Of a stretch of 64,000 bases of DNA, positions 54,001 to 64,000 are shown piece after piece. Numbering within the stretch: the first letter of the stretch is position 1; every line of letters starts with the position of its first letter. Both the position numbers and the translations under genes were made by a program. The notes under the pieces are model-generated. The model was not told the DNA's origin. It did not search any database and was given only the letters and a program-made list of their open reading frames with translations. Location: the NCBI GenBank assembly GCA_024137785.1, contig JAHRHZ010000002.1, positions 19,302,685 to 19,366,684 of the forward strand. The letters are read 5' to 3'. This DNA is from Ginglymostoma cirratum (Eukaryota).

Positions 54001-55962
54001 GCAGTCCAAGCACTGTGCCCAGCCAATGTCAGTGCAGTCATGACAGGAATGAAGGAGGGTTTGGGGGGAGGACGTAGAAAGTGCGCTCAGTTGTTGGACG
54101 GCAAAAATAACTCATCTGCATTATGTAACTGTGCATCACTGTTTGTTTCTATTCCAGAGGCAATTGAAGTTCAGGTAAGATTATTTTGAAATTGTTATTT
54201 CAAATAACAATATAGACCTGTATACTAAAACCAGATAATTGGTAGAATTGTCGCCTCTGAGTAGGAAGGCCCTTGACCCAATATTTTTAGCCATCAAACG
54301 GGTGCATTTTACATTAATAAATAATGAGCTTTGCTGGCAAGGCTAGAATTTATTGCCTGTCTCTAAGTGTCTTTGAGAAGGTGGAGCAAAGCATCCTCGA
54401 TTTACTACAATCCATAGAGTGCAAGTATGTCCAAAGGATTGATGATATGGCAGCACTGGAATTTTGACCCAATGAAAGCAAAAGAGTGGTGATATAACTG
54501 CACTAATAGGACGGAGAGTAACTTGGAGGGGAACTTGCGAGTGGTGGTGTTCCCTTGTGTCTGCTGTCCTTTTATTTTTAATGTGCCAGAGATTTGAAAG
54601 ATACTGTTCAAGGGAACTTGATGAGTTGCTGCAGTGCATCTTATAGCTGGTAGACACTGCTGCCACTGTGTCTGTGGTGGAAGGAATGAATGCTTAAGGT
54701 GGTGGATAGTGTGCCAATTGAGCAAGTTGTTTTGTCCTTAATGGTCAAAGTTTTTTTTATTGTTGTTGGAGATTCCCTCAGCCAAGTGGAGAGCATTCCA
54801 TCACACTCCTGACCTATGTCTTGTAGATGGTGGACAGACTTTGGGAAGTCAGGAAGTCAGGAATCACCACAGAATACCCTGCTCTTGCAACCACAATGTT
54901 TATGTAGCTGGCACAGTTTAATTCCTTGCCAATGGCAACTCCTATGGATGTTGATGGCAGAGGATAAAGGACAGTAACAGCACTGAATATGAAGGGGAGA
55001 AGGTTTTATCACCTTTTGTTAGCAATGGTCGTTATGCAATAATTGAGTGGTGCAAACACTGCTTGAGTCTGAATGTTGTCCAGATCTTGTTGAATGTGGA
55101 AGTGGAATGCTTCGATATCTGAGGAGTTTCAAATGGTACTGACCACGATGTAATCAACAGTGAACGTGCCCATTTCTGTCCACTCGTATGAGAATTCGTC
55201 TGTAATGCAGTAGCTTGGGTCCAGGACATTATTTTCAGGAACACATGCAGCAATTCCCTAGGGGTGAGAAGCTAGCTGCAAACAACCATGAACTATGATT
55301 CCAACCAGTGACGAATTTCCCTCCTCAATAGCATGGGTTTCAGTTTTACTGGGGCTCTTTGAGGTTTCTATGAGTGTTTCTAAAGATTGACTGTGCCTGG
55401 AGGCTCATCAACTCAGTCAAAGATGCTCTTTGATCTGTCTGAAACCTGTTGGTCTTCCAGAGCAAGCAGTTGACCTTGACCGAGTGTTGCAGACTGGCCG
55501 ATTCCAAGGTCCAGGGCTACATGCTAAGGGATGCACTAAGGCTTAGGGCAGCTTTGGTCAAAGCACAGTGGGGAAAGACCACCATCGAAGATGTTTCTGC
55601 TGAAGTTAAATAGGGGTACATTCAGTTATCGGATTCCCCAGTGCCTCAGATATATGTAAATGGTATCTTGCATAAGTAAGAAATACCCTAGGTTTTGTTT
55701 GTCCTCCCTACAAAGACTGTACAGAACCAAACTGCTTTAGTGACTATGTATATGTAGAATTTTTAGGAGTAAAGTATATTTTTGAAATTAAAAACAATAT
55801 TATTTTTAGGAAACATCATCTGGTCCCAGGCAAGAGACAGTTCTGCCATTCAAAAGCCAAATCTCCTTACCTGTGTACAGCACGGTAAAAGTACTGAGCA
55901 CTGCTAGAGAAATCACCTCTTCAAACCAACATCTCACCTATGCCCAAGTCACATTTCATTAA
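44996..55962 (+). CDS. NCR3-like: Gene B: NKp30/NCR3- and CD28-like single-IgV inhibitory-type receptor, 229 aa; join(44996-45053, 49882-50220, 52111-52233, 54158-54174, 55810-55962)
   Basis: Five exons, canonical GT-AG, phases 1,1,1,0, 690-nt open frame; V domain strongly NKp30-like (QSPDVVRATEGESVQLNC; EVSDRNPFYERRLETLGSELF); tail has PVYSTV and LTYAQV. Confidence 0.85.
45110..45335. mobile_element. Fold-back Penelope-terminus element (family 2) in gene B intron 1
   Basis: Inverted arms aattgctggaaaagctcggcaggtctg.../...cagacctgctgagcatttccagcaatt, starting about 55 nt after the exon 1 donor. Confidence 0.75.
49882..50220 (+). CDS. Gene B exon 2, IgV (VJ-type) domain
   Basis: Acceptor ttgtactccag, donor C|gtaagt; LNC, IVWRR, DSDYYYC, GKSNGTTTQLVV; 339 nt. 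Confidence 0.95.
51165..51198 (+). repeat. (GA)n microsatellite within a CR1 fragment (~51060-51730)
   Basis: Read directly; flanked by NYRPVS-like and GVPQGLVL CR1 motifs. Confidence 0.85.
52111..52233 (+). CDS. Gene B exon 3, stalk + TM (QHGTDCPQPIISQSFSLMLGLLGLFTLAIIVLFFRLYSQHK)
   Basis: Acceptor ttgtcttacaccag, donor AAG|gtatgg, 123 nt, phase 1-1, uncharged TM, stalk Cys. Confidence 0.88.
54158..54174 (+). CDS. Gene B exon 4, 17-nt micro-exon (EAIEVQ)
   Basis: Strong acceptor gtttgtttctattccag and donor CAG|gtaaga; makes the required phase 1 to 0 change. Confidence 0.75.
55385..55795 (+). mobile_element. L1/Tx1-clade LINE 3' end
   Basis: Decayed frame CAWRLINSVKDAL-SV-NLLVFQ...ECCRLA...WGKTT resembling the Tx1/L1 ORF2 C-terminus; ends in taaagtatatttttgaaattaaaaa. 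Confidence 0.6.
55810..55962 (+). CDS. Gene B exon 5, cytoplasmic tail (ETSSGPRQETVLPFKSQISLPVYSTVKVLSTAREITSSNQHLTYAQVTFH-stop)
   Basis: Acceptor tatttttag, phase 0, canonical ITIM LTYAQV next to the C-terminus. Confidence 0.82.
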   Translation, partial: ETSSGPRQETVLPFKSQISLPVYSTVKVLSTAREITSSNQHLTYAQVTFH

Positions 55963-57540
55963 GATTACAAGAGCTATTGAAAAACTGCACTGAAGAGAAA
56001 GGCTCCATGAAGGATGACCGAAGTGGTAAAGCACTTGATATGAAGTCAGTTTGCATCTAAGAAGTCTTTTCATGTATTATTATACATCTCAGTCAGACCA
56101 AAAAGTGATGTTAAAGATCGCAAATGATAAACATTCTCTTTTCATGTTTCTTGTATTTGTTTTGAAGGATTGTGAAATTAGTTCAATTTGAAAGTCTGTA
56201 AGAATATCAACATTTTTTTCAAAGAAAGGGTACTTTGGACTATTTTCAAATGCTGGAATGCATGATATAAGTTCACTGCTTGAGCTTGTTTACTGGAAGT
56301 CACGCGTTTAAATGAATTGCCATCAGGAGTTGTGGCCATCCACACAGCACAACTGGGAATTGTATGCACATGTAGAGTTCAGCCCAGGCGATGACAGTCT
56401 TCTGCACTGGGAAACTCCATTGCCAATGTCCCCTGACATGTGAGTGGATCACATTGCAATGAATCTCAGCTCATTCTTGAACCTAAGTAATGATCACTGT
56501 CAAAGAGGGAACTTGGGGATCTGAATGCAATACGATTCAGACAAGTAACTCCCATCTGTTGGCCACTCATTAATCTCAATCCATAGTCACTTGCACAATT
56601 TTGTAGAGAGCATTTTTCACAATATACTGCAGCCCTTCTGCTCCCTGAATTGTTATTTGCATAAAATTGGGCCTCATTGACACAGAATAAATCACATGCG
56701 ACACCCCACTATCACCACCCCACCTACCCCAATCACCACAGCTCCCAGTGTCCACCACATGAGAAGGCAGAGGTATTTCAATTTCTGGCTTAAACTTACC
56801 TAAATCAACACTCTGTATGGGCACAGAAACGTTGTGACGAAGAAAGAATCTGTTTTCATTTTATCCTTTCTCCATCCGGGTACTGGCAAGACATGACAGT
56901 CGAGTTGCTAACTAATCCTAGCAGTCATATTCCAAAATGTACTGCTCTGAAACAATCACAATTTATTTGGAATGATATAATGGTGTGCCTGGTAGGTCAA
57001 TGTGAGAACTGGGCAAACAGAGTCATCTCCTTCTCCTGAGAAGCTTGTATAAGACTTCTCCTTCACATAGCCTGACAAAACTGTGTCCCAGGGATAACTG
57101 CATGTATCAATGACAACTGCCTGTGCCTAGTGACGCTCACGTGTACCTTGACATTGGACTGAAAGCTATCTGAGACACTTCATATTTTAGCACTTTTCAT
57201 CCAAAGCTAATAATTAATTGGCCATTTTTTTTGGTTAATCTCAGTAAAAGACATTAACTTATCTTTGACTGGTGTGCCTATGCATCCATGTTAGGGCATT
57301 CCAAAGATATATGCCTGCACTTCCATATTTCAAACTGTGTCAATAAGCTTTGTATTTTTATTGAATAAGTTTTGTCTTATGATAAGTCAATAGTTTTCTT
57401 GTTTATTAAAGTAATCTGGTTGATGAAAGCTTGTTATGAAATTGGCCATATCAAGAACTGGCCAAAATTCTTTACTTAAACTTAAATTTATCTTGTAACC
57501 AGCACACTAGTGGGCCAAGAGAAAGACAATACAATCCTTC

Positions 57541-57773
57541 TGAAATAACTCCACAGAGGCCGTTATCCCCTCGCCAAGTCGGCCTTTATTTGCACGTACA
57601 TATTTCATGACACTGGTCTGGCTTCCTCAGGCCAGCTCTCAGAGTAAACAGAACCTCTGACAATCTTGTTTTTATCTGTCAGTCAGGGCCCCCTGATTGG
57701 GTCAGGTTAACAGCCCTAATCAGGGAACTCATATTCTGAGATCCGCACAGCTGATCTTGTTACAATCACTACA
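57541..57773 (-). mobile_element. Probable solo LTR
   Basis: TG...CA ends, flanks ccttc/tcttc (5-bp TSD, 1 mismatch), AATAAA on the minus strand. Confidence 0.55.
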
Positions 57774-58632
57774 TCTTCCACAACTGTCAGTACTACAGTG
57801 AAGCAGTAATTCCATTTCAAAAGTATTTAATTGGCTCTAAGGCGGTTTCAGACATCTGGTGATCATGCAAGAGTCCCATAAATACTAGCCTTCCATTGTT
57901 TCTCCAAAGTAATTAGCATTTATGTTTCTGTACAATTTGGCTCAGTGCCTAACACACCGGTTGGAATCAGAAGGTTTATGCTTTGAGACTCTCTCTAAAG
58001 ACTTGAATATAGAATAATACCACAGGAGGAACTTACAACTTAGGAGCAAGAGAAGGACACTCAGCCTTTTGTGTCTGCTCCGATATTCAGTAAAATCATA
58101 GGTGATCTGGCTGTGATCACAACAATTCTTTCTTGACTACCTCCTGAAAGGTTGATTCACTTGCATATCCAAAATCTATTTAACTCAGCCTTGAATAATT
58201 TCTATATCCCAGCCATGTGTGCTTTTTTGGGAAAAGAATTTCAAGCACTAACAAATAAGTTTGACTAATCTCTATTTGAAAAATAAAACTTCATTCTTAA
58301 AATTAAGTCTTCTAGTTCTATTCTCTCTTACATGAGGGAACATCCTACTGGTATCCATCCTATGCCTCCCCCTCAAGATGTTACACACTTCAGTTCTATA
58401 CTACCAACCAATTATTAAACATTGCTAAATGGAAACATTGTCTTGCACTCATCAGGATGAGGATGCAAAAAACCAGATTTGGAAATGGAACACCACCATG
58501 CAAAGAGAGTTCTAATTGGTTCTACTATCATTGACATGAAGATGAAACTCAAAATATTAACTGTCATTCTTTCTTCTATAGCCTTAAGTTGTGACCCATG
58601 ACTACAGTGCATTGATCTGAGACTTCTTTAGA

Positions 58633-58975
58633 TCATAGAATCCCTACAGTGTGGAAACAGACCATGTAACTGAACAAGTCCACACTGCACCTCTGAAGAG
58701 CATCCTGCACAGAACCATTCCCTACAACCTGGCATTTCCTATGTCTAATCCAACTAACTTACGCTGGACACTAAAGGCAATTTAGCACAGCCAATCCACT
58801 TAACCTGCACATCTTTGGACTGGGGGAGGAAACTGGAGCACCCAGAGGAAACCCACACAGACACAGGAAGAACATGCAAACTCCATACAGACAGTCACCT
58901 GAGGGTGGAATCAAACCTGGGTCCCTGGCGCTAACCACACGCTAACCGCAGTGCTAACCACTGAGCCACCATGCT
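58633..58975 (-). mobile_element. HE1/V-SINE
   Basis: Same core as other copies; catagaatccctacagtg tail. Confidence 0.85.
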
Positions 58976-59622
58976 GTTTTTCACAAGGTTGAATCCTCAC
59001 ACAAATCTGCAGAACATATCTATTTGAATTCTTGGAAATGTACCTTAAGACTTCTTCTGCACATTGTTGAACATTTGAAAAAGAATGTACAAAAACGCAG
59101 ACAAGATATGTGAGGGAAATTGACCTTTTGTGAATTTCAAACAGCAGTTTTATTCTGGCAATTCTGAAACATCAACAGTATGATTCTCTGAAGTTCAGGC
59201 AGGATGCCAAGAACCAAATTTTCACTCCAGAACAAAGATAAAGGCATCAGGGAGACTAGAGAATTGAAAGCTAATTCAAGCAGAAGAACTTCCTAGATTT
59301 GCCATAAATTTGAAACAAATAGGTATCGGAAAAATAACAAGACTAAAGAGAAAAACATTTTAATGAGCCGCACTTTCACCTCAGAATATCGAAAGAAATT
59401 AGTGAAGATATTGCATATCACATTCTTGCAAAACTTGTTTCAGGGATTGTCCCTTCAAAATGGAAACTTCAGTGTCACTTAATTTAATGAGCTGGTCGCA
59501 AGATCTGAAAATCATAAACCTCATATCTCATCATCTTTTGTGAAACTGAAATTGGAAAAGTCTTGAATTCCATGTTTGAAAAAACATATTAATGCATTAC
59601 GGGCAGTTTGCAGAAGGTTCCC

Positions 59623-59926
59623 AACACGGGGGCTCAGCAGTTAGCACTGCTGCCTCACAGCAGGGACCTGGGTTTGATTCTACCCTTGGGCGACTGTCTG
59701 TGTAGAGTTTGCACATTCTCCTACTGCGTGGGTTTCCTACGGATGCTCCAGTTTCCACCCACAATCGCAAGTTGTGTAGGCTAGGTGGATTGGCTATGCT
59801 AAATTACCCGTAGCGTTCAGGGATGTGTAGATTAGGAGGGCATGGGTCTGGGTGGGATGCTCGGAGTGTCAGTGTGGACTTGTTGGGCCAAAGGGCCTGT
59901 TTCCACACTATAGGAATGATATGATT
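59623..59926 (+). mobile_element. HE1/V-SINE
   Basis: ttagcactgctgcctcacagc...gactgtctgtgtagagtttgcacattctcc. Confidence 0.85.
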
Positions 59927-60567
59927 CTCACAATAAGGAGTTTATCCGCTGAGGAGATACTTGACAATTTTGGTCTGTTTCCATTGGAGCTGAGCAGAAT
60001 GAGAGGCAATCTTACCAAAAGATACAAATCCTGAGAGGACTTGGCATAGTGAATACTGAAAGGATGATTAATCTTAAAGGAAAGATTAAAATAAGACAAA
60101 ACGTTGTAAAATATAAGTTGTCCCCCATTCAAGACGAAGCTAAGGATATTTTCCTTTTGAGGGTTGAGAGTCTGTGGATATTTGCCCAGAGTACAGTGGA
60201 GGTCATTAAATATTTTTAACCTCCTCATAGGCAGGTATTCATTATAGACAGGAAAGTGAATTTGAAGTCACAATCAAATCAGACAAACTCTAAATGGATG
60301 GCAGACTAGTCCTGAGCAACATTACTCCTTCCAGGCTTACTCCTGTTCCTCGTTCATATGTTAACAGCCACAAATGACTGATTGACTGTGCACTTGGGTA
60401 GATATTAACAAATCAGATGGAGTGAGTACGGATTAATAAAGACTAGCACATGGTAAACTAATATAGGCAATCTTTTCTACATAATTTAATAATGGAACAG
60501 GACTAAATAGGGGCAGACTTCACGATACAGTTATAGGCTACATCTGGAGTACTGTTCCCAGTTCTCA

Positions 60568-60924
60568 GTGGGGTGGTTTGATGGCTCAGCGGTTAGCACT
60601 GCTGCTTCACAGCGCCAGGGACCCGATTTGACTCCACCCTTGGGCGACTGTCTGTGTGGAGTTTGCACATTTTCCCCGTGTCTGCGTGGGTTTCCTCTGG
60701 GTGCTCCAGTTTCCTCCCACAGGCCAAAGATGTACAGTTTAGGTGGATTGACCATACTAAAAATTGCCCCTGGTCTGCAGGTTAGGTGGATCAATGGGAA
60801 ATGTAGGGTTTCAAGCACGGGGATAGGGTGGGGGGTTGAGTCTGGGTGAGATGTTCTTCAGACAGTCAGTGTGGACTTGATAGAGCAAATGGCCTGCTTC
60901 CACAGTGTAGGGATTCTATGATTC
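60568..60924 (+). mobile_element. HE1/V-SINE full-length copy
   Basis: Intact head/core and attctatgattc tail. Confidence 0.88.
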
Positions 60925-61269
60925 TGGCATGCATTTTACATCATGAAGGATTTTCTGGGTTTGAACAGGTTTCCATAAAGATTCATGGGAATAATTGCAA
61001 GGACAATTTGCATAGACAAAGCTTACAGTTCCTTGAAAACTGTTAAGATCTAATGTAAGCATTTTGAATGTAAGGAATTTGATAGGGAAGTATGTTTTTC
61101 TCTGGTGATGACATTCTAAAACAAAGGGAACACAATCTTAAAGCCTTTGATAGAGCCAAGATATTCTGGAAATAGTTTGGAACCAAGGACCTTTGAATGA
61201 AAACTTGGGGCTCTGTCCAAAAGAAGCTGGTGAGGCTCAGGGACAATAAAAATGTCACAACCAACTGAT

Positions 61270-62206
61270 AGAATGTAGAACATAGGACAGTACAGCACAG
61301 GAATGGGCCCTTCAGCCCACAATGTTGTGCCCAACATGATGCCAAATTAAACTAATCTCTTTTGCCTGCACTTGGCTCACATCCCCCCCATTCCTTGATT
61401 TCCATGTGCTTATCTAAAAGCCACTTAAACACCCCTATCGTATCTGTCTCCACCACCACCATTGGCAGCGTGCCCTGACACCTATCACTCTCTTTGTAAA
61501 AAAATCTTGTCCCTCACATCTCCTTTGAACTTCCCCCCTCTCACCTTAAATGCATGCCACCTAGTATTAGACATTTCAACCCTTTAAAAAAGATTCTGAC
61601 TGTGAACTCTATCTATGCATCTCATAATTTTAAAGACTTCCATCAAGTCTCCCCTCAGCCTCTGCTGCTCTAGAGAAAACCACCCTAGTTTTTCTAGAAC
61701 AAAAACAAAGTTGCTGGAAAAGCTCAGCAGTTCTGGCAGCATCTGTGAAAGAGAAAACAGAGTTAACGTTTCGGGTCCGGTGACCCTTCCTCAGAACTGA
61801 TGGTGGCTGGGAAAATGTCAGTTTATATGCAGAAAATAGGAAGGTGGGTGGGGTAGGGAGTAAACGATGGGATAGAGCACGAAGAGAGAGAAAGACAGTT
61901 GGACAGACAAAAGGAGTTGCTATCGTTAGGAAGTGTCACCGCACCCGAAACGTTAACTCTGTTTTCTCCTTCACAGATACTGCCAGACCTGCTGAGCTCT
62001 TCCAGCACCTTTGTTTTTGTTCCTAGTTTTTCTAGCCTCTCCTTATATTTTATACCCTGTAATCCAAGTAGAATCCTGACAAACCTCTTCTGCATCCTCG
62101 CCAAAGGCTCCACGTCCTTCTTGTAATGTGGCATCCAGAACAGAAGGCATTTCTCTAAGTGTGGCCTAACCAAAACACTACAAAGCTACAACATGACATC
62201 TTGACT
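61270..62206 (-). mobile_element. CR1 LINE 3' fragment with nested Penelope-terminus insertions
   Basis: VRPHLEKCLLFWMPHYKKDVEPLARMQKRF...KERLEKLG, split by the insertion at 61698-62021. Confidence 0.85.
61698..62021. mobile_element. Fold-back Penelope-terminus element, 14-bp TSD cctagtttttctag, hammerhead core at ~61761-61798 (-)
   Basis: TSD 61684-61697 / 62022-62035; minus strand reads agtt-CTGAGGA-a-GGGTC accg GACCC-GAAA-cGTT-aact. Confidence 0.85.
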
Positions 62207-62341
62207 AAAAACCAAAATAACTGCAGATGCTGTAAATCAGGAACAAAAACAAAGTTGCTTGAAAGGCTCAGCACGTCTGGCAGCATCTGTGAAGGAGAAA
62301 ACAGAGTTAAAGTTTTGGGTCCGGTGACCCTTCCTCAGAAC
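62207..62341 (-). mobile_element. Single Penelope-terminus insertion, 13-bp TSD tgacatcttgact
   Basis: TSD 62194-62206 / 62342-62354; hammerhead core mutated (CAAAA for CGAAA). Confidence 0.8.
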
Positions 62342-63059
62342 TGACATCTTGACTGTTGTTCTCAAGAGTGATGTTTGATATGGAGTGAAGGTACATAATC
62401 CCACAATCTATTTGGAAGGGGAAGACGACTCAAAAGGTCAAGATCAGTTCTTCAAAACACAAGAAACTAAAAGAAAGGAAAGGGACAATAATATTCAATA
62501 CACCTGGATAATTGAAGCAGATTCTCAATTTTATTAAATCACAAGATTTGCTTACAAAGGAGACACGGTACAAAAGGTGAATTTTAGGCATCAGAATAAA
62601 AGCACCAAGTGATCTGGCTCTTCTTCCACTCCCAATCTGGGGTGAGAGGAGGTAACACACTGGAAGTGGATTAGACTGCATGAAAGGCAGAGGCATGGAT
62701 AAACTAAATTGTTATATTGGACTGCTATTCACTAAACTATAGGTAGTGCACACACCTTGGCTGGAGAAAGGGGAACAGGAGGGTGGAAGACAGAGGACAC
62801 ATACATACTCTCCCAATGAGTACAGCTTATCTTTCATAGACAAATATCCACCCTAAATATTTCAGCCAGGACAGTAGTTGGGGGCTCTGCAATTGGCCAA
62901 ATTGACTCATTGTCATTAAGGTTTGGGGAACAATAGATGATCCAGGGTTCCCACTCAAACTTACAGGAAAGAACAAGTATGGTGTTCGTTGCAAAACCGC
63001 CAGGCAATCAATAGGCAGAGGCTTTGGCCTGACTTCCCAAGCAAATGGCCACTCAAGGC

Positions 63060-63086
63060 AGCGGCGCGAAAGTGAAATTCCCGCCT
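63060..63086. promoter_or_regulatory. Candidate IRF/ISRE site overlapping an NF-kB-like site in a CpG-richer unique segment
   Basis: GAAAGTGAAA at 63068-63077 runs into ttccc (reverse: GGGAATTTCA); motif match only. Confidence 0.3.
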
Positions 63087-64000
63087 TGATACATAACATA
63101 GCACAAGATCTGTATAACTGTCGCTGCGAATATTTTTCTCTCAAAAAAAAAGGGCTCCATTTACACTGCACACAGTTAAAATTCTCAGCACGAGAAAAAC
63201 CTTCAGTATCCGTATTTAAAAGCGAAGTGAAGAATGTTTTCAATTACATGTTGTCCAGATTATGGTTTCGGATATCTTACAACACAGAGACATGTGCTGT
63301 CTGTCCGAATTAATCCTATCAAAATGAACTTTCCTCGGATTTTAATTACTTTGTCGGCAGTGACACTTAAAACAAACACAAAAGCAAGACTCCCTGTTTG
63401 TTTTAAGAACCCAAAAGGAGCAAGGCAACTGGAAACATGCTTCTGTAATATTTTTTTTTAAACTCTAGGCGGTGCTGTTGCGCCAGACAAAAATGCTAGA
63501 ACACCAAGGGTCAGAGGCCAGCGGCAGTGGACAGCATTTTTTCAAAAAATCCTTTTTAACCCCAGATTGAAGCCCTCTTTGCGCGCGGGATAATAGGAGT
63601 AACGTTTTCAAATTGGCCACCGAGTGTAAAACCGGCATTGTGTGTTCCTGGAACTAGTCTACTATTCCATTCAAACCAGTTTGCACGGCCAAGCACCCGC
63701 TTGAAGTTAAATACTCAATAGGGGCAAAATTTTGCAATGCAGTCCGAAGAACTAATTGCCTCTCTCTACTGGACCAGCACTTCAAAGCACAAATCTCTCT
63801 CACCTCTCATCTGCCTACAGATGCAGACGGATCAAGGTATCTTTAGCACTGGATCTACCCTGGTTAAAACAAATCGGTGTTCAAATAGTGAGGTGGACAC
63901 AGACACTCAACTGATCAGCAAAGATACTCCCTACAGGAACTAAGCAGAACGAGGATCCTCCTCTCAGCTCTGGTTTTGAGAAGATCTTTCAAAAATTCCA

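Noticed and set aside
8407-55962. Calling either gene PDCD1, CD28 or CTLA4 outright
   Set aside because: No MYPPPY-type motif and no PD-1 VDYGxL/TEYATI motifs; V domains look closer to NKp30, so only NCR3-like is used.
1-64000. CRISPR arrays, rRNA, prokaryotic operons
   Set aside because: No regularly spaced repeat-spacer units or rRNA signatures; the window is spliced vertebrate DNA.

Overview
Eukaryotic, repeat-rich vertebrate DNA. The repeat landscape (HE1/V-SINE-type tRNA SINEs, CR1 LINEs, several Penelope-like element families) points to a cartilaginous fish (shark); this is an inference. Reading splice sites by hand gives two complete, divergently transcribed (head-to-head, ATGs about 18.2 kb apart) five-exon genes for single-IgV, non-rearranging VJ-type receptors of the NKp30(NCR3)/CD28/PD-1 group. 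Gene A is on the minus strand (26769->8407, 283 aa, three ITIM/ITSM-like motifs). Gene B is on the plus strand (44996->55962, 229 aa, two ITIM-like motifs, CD28-like KSNGT and stalk Cys). Both share the layout leader/V/TM/micro-exon/tail with intron phases 1-1-1-0. Gene A also has a duplicated TM exon ending in a stop, which could give a tail-less or GPI-anchored decoy isoform. The rest is mostly transposon-derived, including Penelope-like elements in inverted configuration, short fold-back Penelope-terminus elements with hammerhead-ribozyme cores and 13-14 bp TSDs, and near-identical locally copied repeat fragments. Gene models come from sequence only, with no transcript evidence; repeat boundaries are approximate.
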